Assembly: GCA_018242365.1 (NCBI GenBank)
Contig: JAFECB010000006.1
Coordinates: 816-64,815 of the forward strand
Reading direction: 5' to 3'
DNA length: 64,000 nt
DNA from: Pseudomonadota bacterium
GTDB lineage: Bacteria > Pseudomonadota > Gammaproteobacteria > Xanthomonadales > Xanthomonadaceae
Within the stretch, counting starts at the first letter, position 1, and each line of letters starts with the position of its first letter. This document shows positions 35,669 to 45,001 of this stretch, one piece after another. Position numbers and translations under genes: made by a program. The notes under the pieces were generated by a model. The model had not been told where the DNA came from, did no database searches, and was given only the letters and a program-made list of their open reading frames with translations.

Positions 35669-37284
35669 GTCGCCAGCTTTTCGCGACCGATCTTGGCGTT
35701 GTGGCGGATGTCCACCGGGAATGGCTTTGGATAGTGCAGGAAGGCGTCGATCTTGCCGGTGTGCACGAAGCCCTCGGCGATATGGCGCAACTCGTCCGCG
35801 ACATCCTTCGGATCGGCCGTGCTGCCCGGCTTGAGTTCGAAGCAGAGCGCGGCGACCTGCGCACCACGCGGCCCGATCCCGACCAGTGCGCTGCGCGCCA
35901 GCGCCGGATGGGTATTGAAAATCGGCTCGACCTGTTCGGTGCACAAGGTGGTCACCGCGTCCACCACCACCCGCTGCGACTTGCGCCCGCAGAACCACAG
36001 CCGCCCCTCGCCATCGAGCCAGCCGAGATCGCCCATCCGATGCACGATGCGGGTGCTGCCATCCGCCAAGGTCTCGCGAATCTTGGCCAGCGCGGTCTGA
36101 TCGTCACGATTGAAGTAGGCATCAGTGGCACTGGGACCGGCCACGGTAATCTCACCCACGTCGCCCGGCCGCGCCAGCAGAGCGTCGTCCCAACGGGCAA
36201 TCGCACCATCGTGGATGGCGATGATGCGCACCGTGTTGCCTGACACCGGCCGACCGACGCAAGTACCGGCACCGGCTTCGGTGCGCGCACGCAATTCCAG
36301 CAATTCACGCCCTTCGATCACCGCCACCGGCAAGCATTCGGTTGCGCCATACGGTGTCCAGAAGCGTGCGTCAGGCGGCAGCAGTTCCAGCATCCGCTGC
36401 ACGATCTGAGGTGGCACCGGCGCGCCGGCACTGGTCACCCGGCGCAGGGTCGGCAATGACTCGCCATGCTCGGCCAGCACCCGCATCAGGGCCGGTGAAC
36501 CGAACAACTGGTCCGCCTTGAAGCGCGCGATCGCCGCGTGCAGCTTGTGCGGATTGGCGCGCGCCGGACGGGTGGGATCCATGTCCGGAATGAGGCTGGT
36601 CAGGCCCAGCGCCGGATCGAACAGGGCAAACGGCGGGAAGGTCGGGAAATCCACGCCACCGGCTTCGATCCCGAATGCGGTGCGCAGCATCTCGATCTGG
36701 GCAACGAAGTGACGATGGCGATACACCACACCCTTGGGCACGCCGGTGCTGCCACTGGTGAACAGGATCGCCGCGATGTCATCCGCTGCGGTGGATGCCA
36801 GTTGCGGGCCGGCCTTCGCACCCGTCGATTCAACCTGCGCCAGCGTGGCATTCGCCAGCAATGCGATGCGACCTGTGGTGATCCTAAGCGGCACCGTCGG
36901 TGCCCAGCCCAACACCGCCTTGGCCAGCAGGGCCAGAGGAATCCCGATGAACGCCACCGGCATTGCCTGCGCGAGGCATTGCTTGAGCGCGCGCTTGTCG
37001 ATGCCCGGATCGATCAGCACCGGCACCGCACCGAGCTTGAACAATGCGAACATCACCAGAAAGAACTCCGGCGTCGGTCGCAGCATCACCACGCAGCGAC
37101 TGCCTGCGACCACACCGCGCGCGGCGAGGCCCGCGGCAATCGCATCGCTGCGCGCATCCAGCTGGGCATAGGTCAGCGCGACATCGTAGCGTCCACCACT
37201 CCCCGGGCAGCGAATCGCCACCCGTTCCGGGCATTCGCGTGCCAGTCGTGGCAAGGCCGCGGCGATGTTGCAGGTCTGGTCCAT
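35632..37284 (-). CDS. oleC: OleC: AMP-dependent synthetase/ligase family (beta-lactone synthetase)
   Basis: From ATG 37284 the translation is [26 protein letters not shown]. The AMP-binding motif is [14 protein letters not shown], with ...TPYGATE... and [18 protein letters not shown]. It lies between oleB and oleD. Confidence 0.85.
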   Translation of the reverse strand: MDQTCNIAAALPRLARECPERVAIRCPGSGGRYDVALTYAQLDARSDAIAAGLAARGVVAGSRCVVMLRPTPEFFLVMFALFKLGAVPVLIDPGIDKRALKQCLAQAMPVAFIGIPLALLAKAVLGWAPTVPLRITTGRIALLANATLAQVESTGAKAGPQLASTAADDIAAILFTSGSTGVPKGVVYRHRHFVAQIEMLRTAFGIEAGGVDFPTFPPFALFDPALGLTSLIPDMDPTRPARANPHKLHAAIARFKADQLFGSPALMRVLAEHGESLPTLRRVTSAGAPVPPQIVQRMLELLPPDARFWTPYGATECLPVAVIEGRELLELRARTEAGAGTCVGRPVSGNTVRIIAIHDGAIARWDDALLARPGDVGEITVAGPSATDAYFNRDDQTALAKIRETLADGSTRIVHRMGDLGWLDGEGRLWFCGRKSQRVVVDAVTTLCTEQVEPIFNTHPALARSALVGIGPRGAQVAALCFELKPGSTADPKDVADELRHIAEGFVHTGKIDAFLHYPKPFPVDIRHNAKIGREKLATWAATRLPAVVQ

Positions 37285-37360
37285 GGGGGCATTATCGCGT
37301 CTCGCCGGTGTGGCGTCTTGCGCCACAGGGCACTCGGGACGCACCGCAATTTCTCTTCGG

Positions 37361-37478
37361 CAGGAGCGCACCGCAGGGGCGCGAAAGGCATGTGGCGGGT
37401 GGGTGGCGGCAGATCGCACCCCTGCGGTGTGCTCCCACAGGACACGATTTTGTAGGAGCGCACCGCAGGGGCGCGATC
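37361..37478. repeat. Cluster of three GTAG-type REP copies (forward, reverse, forward) filling the oleB-oleC spacer
   Basis: The copies are CAGGAGCGCACCGCAGGGGCGCGAA (37361-37385, +), ATCGCACCCCTGCGGTGTGCTCCCACA (37412-37438, inverted variant) and TGTAGGAGCGCACCGCAGGGGCGCGATC (37451-37478, +). The last copy abuts the oleB stop codon at 37477-37479. Confidence 0.9.
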
Positions 37479-38382
37479 AGCCCAGCGGATTCCGTTCCAG
37501 AAATGCGCGAATCAACGGCACCATTTCCTCGTGCTTGTCTTCCAGCGCGTAGTGCGAGGCATCGGCATAGGCATGCACTTCCGCATTCGGCAGCGCGGCA
37601 CGGAAGCCGTCGAGGAAATGCCTGTCGAACACGAAATCGCGCAGCCCCCAGCCGATGAATGCCGGTCGATCCGCATAGCCGGGCAGCACTTTCGCACTGT
37701 CCTCGACCAGCGCCATGCCGCGATCACCCGGGTGCAGCGGGATGTCCTGCATGAAGCGCAGGGTGGAAATCGCATTCGTCCAACCGTCATACACATCGGC
37801 ATAAGCCGCGCGCACGTCCTTGGGCAGCCGGCGCACGGTCCCGAAGCGCGCCGCGCCACGGGCGAACAGGTTGAAGCGGCGGATCAGCCAGCCACCAAAG
37901 CGAGAGTCGCGCCCCATCGCCAAGCGCAGCGGGAAGCGCTTGCTGCTCGGCAGCGGGAAGGCGGCGGTATTGGTGATGACCAGCCGCTTGACCCGCGCAG
38001 GATCACGCAGTGCCCAGCCGAACCCGATCATCCCACCCCAGTCGTGCACCGCCAGTGTCAGCGGGCCATCGATGCCAAGATGCTTCAGCAGGGCATCGAG
38101 ATCGTCGATCCGCGACTGCAGGGTGTAGTCGTAGCGCGGCTGCGCCTGCGGCGCGTCATCGGGCTTGTCGGACAGGCCCATGCCGACGTGGTCGGGCACG
38201 ATGCAGCGGTAGCGATCACGCAGGCCCAGCACCAGATGCCGCCAGTAGAAGCTCCACGATGGATTGCCGTGCAGCATGACGACGACTTCGCCATCGCGCG
38301 GCCCCTCGTCGAGGTACGACAGTTCGATGCCGGGGCGCACCGCGAAGCGCTGCGGAGTGAAGGGATAATCAGGGAAATGCAT
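37477..38382 (-). CDS. oleB: OleB: alpha/beta-hydrolase (haloalkane-dehalogenase-like; beta-lactone decarboxylase)
   Basis: 301 aa. The translation runs MHFPDYPFTPQRF...LSYLDEGPRDGEVVVMLHGNPSWSFYWRHL...VPDHVGMGLSDKP...LAVHDWGG. This is the HLD-like nucleophile elbow with Asp, as in OleB. Confidence 0.85.
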   Translation of the reverse strand: MHFPDYPFTPQRFAVRPGIELSYLDEGPRDGEVVVMLHGNPSWSFYWRHLVLGLRDRYRCIVPDHVGMGLSDKPDDAPQAQPRYDYTLQSRIDDLDALLKHLGIDGPLTLAVHDWGGMIGFGWALRDPARVKRLVITNTAAFPLPSSKRFPLRLAMGRDSRFGGWLIRRFNLFARGAARFGTVRRLPKDVRAAYADVYDGWTNAISTLRFMQDIPLHPGDRGMALVEDSAKVLPGYADRPAFIGWGLRDFVFDRHFLDGFRAALPNAEVHAYADASHYALEDKHEEMVPLIRAFLERNPLG

Positions 38383-38412
38383 CCGCCTATTGTAGGCGGC
38401 TGCGGCGACCTC

Positions 38413-38751
38413 TCACTCCTGCACCCGGGTCAGCTCCTTGCCGTCCACGGTCATCTTCCACTCGCCATTGTCCTGATGCGGCGGCGCCGAGACCTTGTAG
38501 GTGGTCTTCATCGGCCCCAACCCGATGGTGAAATCGTTGCCACTGAAACCCTGCAACGGTGCTTCCACCCGAGTATTGCCATTGGCCCCCTCCTTCACCA
38601 CCACCACGTTCCCGCCCGCGCTGATGTTGACCGCCATGCCTTGCGATTGCCATTCGCCGACGTAGGCCTGTTTATCCGCAGGCACTGCCTGGCCACAACC
38701 GACCAGGCCGAGGATGGTGAGCAACAGCATGACGATGGTGAAGTGACGCAT
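38413..38751 (-). CDS. Small lipoprotein of unknown function
   Basis: ATG 38751 starts MRHFTIVMLLLTILGLVGCGQ (lipobox LVGC). 112 aa with no recognisable domain. Confidence 0.6.
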   Translation of the reverse strand: MRHFTIVMLLLTILGLVGCGQAVPADKQAYVGEWQSQGMAVNISAGGNVVVVKEGANGNTRVEAPLQGFSGNDFTIGLGPMKTTYKVSAPPHQDNGEWKMTVDGKELTRVQE

Positions 38752-38908
38752 GGCGGCCTCCGAAAGATGGAAAGAACGAGTGCGGCTAGCCTCACCCTTG
38801 TGAGGCAAGCGGAAAAATCGCCGCAAACCGGACACAATGCCTTTCATGCGCAGGTAAAGTGCCGCCGCCGGTACGTCCTCACGGCAACGCTGGCATCATG
38901 CCGACGCC

Positions 38909-39499
38909 ATGACCGATTCCTTCGACGCACTGCTGGCACGCGTCCGTGCCTGCCGGACCTGTGAGGCCTTCCTGCCGCTCGGCCCGCGTCCGGTCGTGCA
39001 GGCCTCGCCCACGGCAAGACTGTTGATCGTCAGCCAGGCACCGGGGCGCAAAGTGCATGACACCGGCATCCCGTTCAACGATCCCAGCGGTGATCGCCTG
39101 CGCGATTGGCTGGGCGTGGACCGCGCCACCTTTTACGATGCGAGCAAGGTCGCCATCGTGCCGATGGGCTTCTGCTTCCCCGGCACCGGCAACAGCGGCG
39201 ACCTGCCACCACGCCCGGAATGCGCGCCGGACTGGCATCCGCAGCTACTCCCACGATTGAACGACGTGCGGCTGACACTGGCGATCGGCCAATACGCACA
39301 GGCCGGCCTGCTGCAGGACGCGCGCGAACCAACGCTCACCGACACCGTGCGGGCGTGGCGCAGCCATCTCGCCCACGGCCTGCTTCCGCTACCGCATCCC
39401 AGTCCGCGCAATCGCCTGTGGCTGGTGCGCAATCCGTGGTTTGAAGTCGAGTTGTTGCCGGAGTTGCGGGACCTCGTGGCCGAAGCAATGCGCGTTTGA
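38909..39499 (+). CDS. Uracil-DNA glycosylase superfamily protein
   Basis: The features CRTC...RLLIVSQAPGRKVHDTGIPFNDPSGDRLRDWLG...PMGFCFPG...HPSPRN form a pattern typical of UDG-family proteins. Confidence 0.7.
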   Translation: MTDSFDALLARVRACRTCEAFLPLGPRPVVQASPTARLLIVSQAPGRKVHDTGIPFNDPSGDRLRDWLGVDRATFYDASKVAIVPMGFCFPGTGNSGDLPPRPECAPDWHPQLLPRLNDVRLTLAIGQYAQAGLLQDAREPTLTDTVRAWRSHLAHGLLPLPHPSPRNRLWLVRNPWFEVELLPELRDLVAEAMRV

Positions 39500-39547
39500 G
39501 GTTTCGACTCGGTGTGTCACCACATCATCCCGTGATGACCGCCTGCC

Positions 39548-39916
39548 TCAAGCCTTCTTCACGAACTCCGACTTCAGCCGCATCGCACCGAAGCCATCGA
39601 TTTTGCAATCGATGTTGTGGCCATCCGCGCCATCGATCAGGCGGATGCCCTTGATCCGCGTGCCGACCTTGAGCGTGTTGGATGCGCCCTTCACCTTCAG
39701 GTCCTTGACCACGGTGACGTTGTCGCCATCGGCCAGCACATTGCCGACGGCATCGCGCACTACGGGCATGTCGCCCGCATCGGAGCTTGCCGTGGCATCA
39801 CCCGCCGCCCATTCGTGGCCGCATTCCGGGCACACCAGCAGCGCGCCGTCGGCATAGGCATACGACGAACCGCACTGGGGGCAAGCCGGCAGGGCGGATT
39901 CGACCGCCTTCGTCAT
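39548..39916 (-). CDS. phnA: PhnA/YjdM zinc-ribbon protein
   Basis: [25 protein letters not shown] ... [54 protein letters not shown] is near-collinear with E. coli YjdM. Its ATG lies only 7 nt after the oleA stop. Confidence 0.9.
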   Translation of the reverse strand: MTKAVESALPACPQCGSSYAYADGALLVCPECGHEWAAGDATASSDAGDMPVVRDAVGNVLADGDNVTVVKDLKVKGASNTLKVGTRIKGIRLIDGADGHNIDCKIDGFGAMRLKSEFVKKA

Positions 39917-39923
39917 TGCGGTG

Positions 39924-40940
39924 TCACCACTCGACTTCGGCCATCGAGCAGTTCAGGCCGGAGCCGATCCCGAGCAGGGCGACCCGGCTGCCTTTCTTGA
40001 GGCGGCCCATTTCGCGCAGTTTGGACAAGACAATCGGCACGCTGGCGGGGCCGATGTTGCCGTGTTCGCCGAAAATGGTCATCACCTTCTTCGGGTCGAT
40101 GCCCATCGCCTTGGTGAAGGCGGCGGTATGCACCTTGCTGACCTGGTGGATGACGAATTCGTCCAACTCGGTGGCCACCCAGCCCAGCTTGAGCTTGGCA
40201 ACCTCGAAGGTCTTGGTGGCCAGCTTGATGCCTTCGATCAGCAGCATGCGGGTGTCGGTGACCATGCCATCGAGGTTGCCGCGGCACAGCTTGTTCCACT
40301 CGGTGGCGGCGCGGGTGACGCCACCCTTGTAGCGCGGCGCACCCGGGGCCAGTTCGGCGCGCGCCAGCACCATGCCCGCCGCGCCGGAGCCAAGGGTGAG
40401 GGTGGCCAGTTCGTTGCGGAAATCGGCCTCGCTGATGTCCTCGCGGATCAGCCGTTCCATGGTCTTCTCATACGCCAAGTTGGCGGTTTCGCCGTCGACC
40501 ACCAGCGCGTATTCGATCTCGCCGCGCTCGATCATGCGGCTGGCGATGTCCATACCGTTGATGAAGGCGAGGCAGGCATTGGCGATGTCGAAGTTCTGGC
40601 AGGTGTCGGGCAGGCCGAGGTTGCCGCTGACGATCGACGCGGTGGACGGCTCCAGGTAATCGCGGCTGACCGAGGTATTGACCAGCAGGCCGACCTTGTC
40701 CGGATCGATGCCGGCATCGGCCAGCGCCTTGACCCCCGCCAGGGTGGCGGCGTCGGAGGCCTGGACGTTGTCGTCCCAGAGCCGGCGCGCATGGATGCCG
40801 GCGATGTCGCCGAGCACGTCGGTGCGGATACCCAGCCGATCCAGCGTCGGCTTCAGGCGGGCATTGATTTCTTCCGAAGACAGGCGACGCGGGGCGTCGA
40901 TATGGGCCAGGCCGGCGATGGCAACGCGTTGGAAAAGCAT
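39924..40940 (-). CDS. oleA: OleA: FabH-like thiolase-fold condensing enzyme (head-to-head acyl-CoA Claisen condensation)
   Basis: 338 aa. Features are [19 protein letters not shown]..., the active-site Cys context [15 protein letters not shown], and [12 protein letters not shown]...[15 protein letters not shown]. The call as OleA rather than FabH rests on sequence resemblance and the nearby oleBCD genes. Confidence 0.75.
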   Translation of the reverse strand: MLFQRVAIAGLAHIDAPRRLSSEEINARLKPTLDRLGIRTDVLGDIAGIHARRLWDDNVQASDAATLAGVKALADAGIDPDKVGLLVNTSVSRDYLEPSTASIVSGNLGLPDTCQNFDIANACLAFINGMDIASRMIERGEIEYALVVDGETANLAYEKTMERLIREDISEADFRNELATLTLGSGAAGMVLARAELAPGAPRYKGGVTRAATEWNKLCRGNLDGMVTDTRMLLIEGIKLATKTFEVAKLKLGWVATELDEFVIHQVSKVHTAAFTKAMGIDPKKVMTIFGEHGNIGPASVPIVLSKLREMGRLKKGSRVALLGIGSGLNCSMAEVEW

Positions 40941-41131
40941 GGTGGATTACTCGAACTGGCGCCCAGCGGCCCCCTTGAACCTTTCAGGATAGCGCATTTC
41001 CGCAACCATTCGCATGCGTATGGGAATTTCGATATTGCTTGGCGGACCTGGATAACCTCCACATTTCTGGTCGCGTCATCGCGTGGTATACCCTGCGCAA
41101 GTGCTGGCCAGCGCTGCCGAAAGATGAATCG

Positions 41132-41638
41132 ATGAGCGCCAAATCGAAACTTAGTACCGCAGCAATTCTGACACTCATCGTCGCCGGCCTGATTGGTCTC
41201 GCCGCGATCAGCGGCATAATCATGGGGATGCAAGAAAAGGCAGCGCACGACAAGCTCGCCGCATTGATCGCGAAGCGCGAAGCAAGCATGACGCCAGCCG
41301 AACGCGCCGCACGAGACCAAGCCCGCGCCAAAGCTGCAGCGGATGCAACGCGCAAGGCCGAAGAAGAACGCAAAGCCAGAGCGTTGGCGGAACTTCCGCA
41401 AACAGCTCGACTTGCGTGCATGCAATGGACGAAAAACAACCTCGACGATCCATACAGCGCCGATTTTGGGCGCGTTTCCGATTGGCCATCGAATGTTCGC
41501 AAGGATGGGAAGGCCATCGTGCTGATGACATTCCGCGCCAAGAATGCTTTCGGCGCATACCGCATCGTGCGCGCGATCTGCACCGTCGCGCGCATCGATG
41601 ATGACCATGTTCGTGTCGATGAAGTGACGACAATCTGA
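41132..41638 (+). CDS. Hypothetical membrane-anchored protein (N-terminal TM helix, charged Ala/Lys/Glu linker, small C-terminal domain)
   Basis: ATG 41132 starts MSAKSKLSTAAILTLIVAGLIGLAAISGIIMG, followed by a coiled charged region, then NNLDDPYSADFG...FRAKNAFGAYR. Many A/T-ending codons set it apart from its neighbours. The competing antisense ORFs look like shadow ORFs. Confidence 0.55.
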   Translation: MSAKSKLSTAAILTLIVAGLIGLAAISGIIMGMQEKAAHDKLAALIAKREASMTPAERAARDQARAKAAADATRKAEEERKARALAELPQTARLACMQWTKNNLDDPYSADFGRVSDWPSNVRKDGKAIVLMTFRAKNAFGAYRIVRAICTVARIDDDHVRVDEVTTI

Positions 41639-41682
41639 GCGTAACTCACACGAAATTTTGAGCCGGCGAACGCAGTTCACAT

Positions 41683-41994
41683 TCAGGAACAGCGCCACAT
41701 CGCCCAGCGCTGGCGGCCGTTCGCGGGCTCCTGCATCGGATTGATCCGATTGGCCCCCAGCGCCGGCGCCTGATTGCGGGCCAGGATCTCCAATTCGTCA
41801 CGCACCCGCAGCGCATCACGCAGGTAGGGTCCGACCCGGTGGGTCATGGTCACCACCACTTCGCCACGCGACTCGCAGCCATTCGGGGCACTGGCCAGAA
41901 CCCGCACCCGCGCCCCGCTCGGGGTCATGCTGACGAAGGCGCAGCCGGCCAAGGCTGGCAACAGGCAGAACAACAGAAATATTCGCATCGACAT
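41683..41994 (-). CDS. Small lipoprotein (DUF4156-like)
   Basis: The signal peptide with lipobox is MSMRIFLLFCLLPALAGC. The protein is about 100 aa, with a second Cys and the segment ...LRVRDELEILARNQAPALGANRI, consistent with DUF4156-type lipoproteins. Confidence 0.55.
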   Translation of the reverse strand: MSMRIFLLFCLLPALAGCAFVSMTPSGARVRVLASAPNGCESRGEVVVTMTHRVGPYLRDALRVRDELEILARNQAPALGANRINPMQEPANGRQRWAMWRCS

Positions 41995-42068
41995 GCCAAT
42001 CGCCGCCGGAAAAAACGAAGCCCGCCAAGTGTGGCGGGCTTCGTCGACTTCAGGATGAACGCGGGGTA

Positions 42069-44909
42069 TCAAGGCTTCGGCGGCACCGGCTTGCCATCGG
42101 CATCGAGCACGGTCACCTGACCGATGTTCAAGGCCCGCACCGGTGCCTCGGTCTGCTTGAGATCGCCCACGATCAGCCAGGTCAGCCCGCTCGGGTTGAA
42201 CAGATGCGCCGCGGCATTGACCTGGGCCGGCGTCATCGCCTCGATCGCCGCCTTGCGCTGGAACACGTAGTCGTCCGGACGCCCGTACAGGTTGTTGCTG
42301 GCAATCGTGCCGAGCACCGCACGCGCGGTCTCGTAATCGCCCGGCAGGCTCAGGGTCTCGATCTTCTCCATGCTGGCGACTTCGGCGGCGGTGGCCGGGC
42401 GGGTGCCGTTGGCAAAATCGGTGATTTCGCGGCGCATTTCCGCCACCGATTCACCTGTCTTGTCGATCTGCACCGGTGCGCGTGCCATCCACTGGCGCGG
42501 CCCCAGTGCGCTGCCCGCGCCGCTGCCGGCGCCATACGACCAGTGCTTGTCCTCGCGCAGGTTCATGTTGAGGCGGGCGGTGAAGTCGCCGCCCAGCACC
42601 ATATTGGCCATGTCGTACTGGATCGAGTTCGGATCGCTGCTCGACGGGATCGTGGTGGAGGCCGCGATAGTGGCCTGCACGGCACCCGGCTGATTGATCA
42701 GGAACACCCGCGGCTGTGCCTGTGCGGGCACGCTCGGGATGGCCGCCGCGGCGGCGTGGGTGCCGGCCGGCTTCCAATCGCCGAAGTGGCGCTCCAGCAC
42801 CGGCAGGATCTCCGCCAGCGTGGTGTCGCCCACCACCACCAGGGTGGCGTCCTGCGGACGCAGCATGCTGTCGTGCCAGCCTTGCAGGTCGGCGCGGGTC
42901 AAGCCGGTGATCGAGGCCTCGGTACCGCTGGCCGGCACCGAGTACGGATGGCCGGCACCGTAGACCAGACCCGGCAACACGCGTGCCGCCAGTGCGTTCG
43001 GATTCGCCTTCTCCTGACGGATACCGGCGATCCACTGGCCGCGCACGCGGTCGATGTCGGCCTGATCGAAGCGCGGATGGCGCAGCATGTCGGCATACAG
43101 GGCCACCGAGGCATCGAGGTTCTGCTTCAACGCCGACAGGTAGACCTCGCTGCTATCGCGTCCCGAACTGGCGCTGAGGTTGGCACCAAGGGCTTCGGCA
43201 TGATCGGCGAAGGCCAGCGCGTCGAGGTCACCGGCACCTTCATCGAGCATGCCCATGGTGAAGTTGGCGAGGCCCGGATGCGCCACCGCATCGGCCGCCT
43301 GACCGCCACGGAACAGATAGCTCATCTGCACAACCGGGATGTCGTGGCGCTCGGCCAGCACCACCTTGGTGCCATTGCTCAGGGTGGCATGCTGCTGGGC
43401 CGGGAACACCAGATCGGGGAAGCGGGTCGGCATCGGCGGACCGGCCTTGCGGTCGACGCTGGACGCGGTGGTGGTGTAGCGCGGATCCGGCTTGGGAATC
43501 ACGAACGGTGCCGGCTTCACGGTCGGCTCCTCGACCACCGGCACGCGCGGGCCCGGATTCACCACCAGGGTGTGGCTGCCCTTGCCTGCGCCCAGCCAGG
43601 TGTTGCCGGCCGCACGCACGGTGTCGGGGGTGGCGGCGGCCAGGGTCTTGAGGCTGTCCTGGTAGCAATTCGGCTTGCCGGTGTAGACCGTGCATTCGGC
43701 CAGCACGTCGGCCTTGCCACCGAAGCCGCCGATGCGCTCGACGCCGCGCACCCAGGCCGCCTCGACGCCGGTACGGGCACGGGTCAGCTCATCGGCGCTC
43801 GGGCCTTCCTTCAACAGGCGCTGCAGTTCTTCACTGATGATCGCCTCGACCTTGGCCGGATCGACACCCTTCTTGACCGTGGCGGTGATGACGAAATTGC
43901 TGCTCAGCTGCGACGGCGACACCATCGCGGCGACGCTGTCGGCCAGCTTCTCGTCATGGACGAGGCGACGCGCGAGGCGCGAGGACTTGCCGCCGGCGAG
44001 CACGCGGGCGAACAGGTCGAGCCGGTCGAGATCGGGCTGGCCGTACTGGGCCACGTTCCAGATCCGGTAGATGCGCGACTGCGGCACCACATCGGTCATC
44101 GTCGAATGGGTGTCGCTGGTGTGTGCGGCGACGGCGACGGCCGGCTGGGCCATGGTCGGCGTGGCCGGGATGTCGCCGAAGTACTTCGCGACCTTTTCGC
44201 GCGCGGTGGCCAGGTCGATGTCACCGGCCAGCACCAGCACCGCATTGTTCGGGCCGTACCAGGTCTTGAACCAGGTCTTGACGTCGTCCAGCGAGGCGGC
44301 GTTGAGGTCGTTCATGGAACCAATCGTGCTGTGGTGGTACGGGTGGCCGGCCGGATACATGATCCGCCCCAGCTCGTCCCAGACCTGCCCATACGGCTGG
44401 TTGTCGCCTTGCCGCTTCTCGTTCTGGACCACGCCGCGCTGTTCGTCGAGGGTCTTCTGGTCGATCGCGCCGAGCAGGTGGCCCATGCGATCAGATTCCA
44501 TCCACAGCGCCATGTCCAGCGCGGTGGTCGGCACGTTCTCGAAATAGTTGGTGCGATCCGAATTGGTGGTGCCGTTCTGGTTGGTGGTGCCGACCGCGGT
44601 GAACGGCGTGAAGAATTCACCCGGTGCGTTCTCGCTGCCGTTGAACATCAGGTGCTCGAACAGGTGCGCGAAGCCGGTACGGCCAGCCGGCTCGTCCATG
44701 CTGCCGACGTGGTACCAAATGTTGACCGCGACGATCGGTGCCTTGCGGTCGGTATGCACGATCACCCGCAGCCCGTTGGGAAGGGTGAACGTGTCATACG
44801 GAATGTTGACGGCTGGTGCGGTGGCGGCGACAGCGGCCGGGGCATAACCCCCGAGTCCCAGAACGCCCGAGAGGGCAAGGGCGAGGACAGCAGGACGAAG
44901 GACGGACAT
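42069..44909 (-). CDS. Secreted M16-family (pitrilysin/insulinase-like) zinc peptidase, double-unit type
   Basis: ATG 44909 is followed by a signal peptide. The inverted zinc motif HxxEH lies in GFAHLFEHLMFNGS, with a second, inactive M16 repeat in the C-terminal half. About 946 aa. Confidence 0.85.
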   Translation of the reverse strand: MSVLRPAVLALALSGVLGLGGYAPAAVAATAPAVNIPYDTFTLPNGLRVIVHTDRKAPIVAVNIWYHVGSMDEPAGRTGFAHLFEHLMFNGSENAPGEFFTPFTAVGTTNQNGTTNSDRTNYFENVPTTALDMALWMESDRMGHLLGAIDQKTLDEQRGVVQNEKRQGDNQPYGQVWDELGRIMYPAGHPYHHSTIGSMNDLNAASLDDVKTWFKTWYGPNNAVLVLAGDIDLATAREKVAKYFGDIPATPTMAQPAVAVAAHTSDTHSTMTDVVPQSRIYRIWNVAQYGQPDLDRLDLFARVLAGGKSSRLARRLVHDEKLADSVAAMVSPSQLSSNFVITATVKKGVDPAKVEAIISEELQRLLKEGPSADELTRARTGVEAAWVRGVERIGGFGGKADVLAECTVYTGKPNCYQDSLKTLAAATPDTVRAAGNTWLGAGKGSHTLVVNPGPRVPVVEEPTVKPAPFVIPKPDPRYTTTASSVDRKAGPPMPTRFPDLVFPAQQHATLSNGTKVVLAERHDIPVVQMSYLFRGGQAADAVAHPGLANFTMGMLDEGAGDLDALAFADHAEALGANLSASSGRDSSEVYLSALKQNLDASVALYADMLRHPRFDQADIDRVRGQWIAGIRQEKANPNALAARVLPGLVYGAGHPYSVPASGTEASITGLTRADLQGWHDSMLRPQDATLVVVGDTTLAEILPVLERHFGDWKPAGTHAAAAAIPSVPAQAQPRVFLINQPGAVQATIAASTTIPSSSDPNSIQYDMANMVLGGDFTARLNMNLREDKHWSYGAGSGAGSALGPRQWMARAPVQIDKTGESVAEMRREITDFANGTRPATAAEVASMEKIETLSLPGDYETARAVLGTIASNNLYGRPDDYVFQRKAAIEAMTPAQVNAAAHLFNPSGLTWLIVGDLKQTEAPVRALNIGQVTVLDADGKPVPPKP

Positions 44910-45001
44910 GCAGGACTCCAGGAACATCGACAGTGAGCTTTCCATGATAGCCGTCACACTCCGGCGATACACTAGGCCGGAAGCCATCCTCCGGAGGCGT
45001 C

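Noticed and set aside
37173-37463. 96-aa ORF starting MRSYKI..., and the identical MRSYKI start of the aroE track ORF at 56474.
   Set aside because: Both start inside copies of the GTAG-type REP repeat read on the minus strand. The shared peptide is a repeat artefact, not a conserved protein.
40853-41698. 281-aa and 221-aa minus-strand ORFs covering the lower-GC region.
   Set aside because: Their translations lack TM or domain features and are Cys/Arg-rich. The plus-strand ORF has a clean ATG, a TM helix and a plausible domain. The strand assignment stays only moderately confident.
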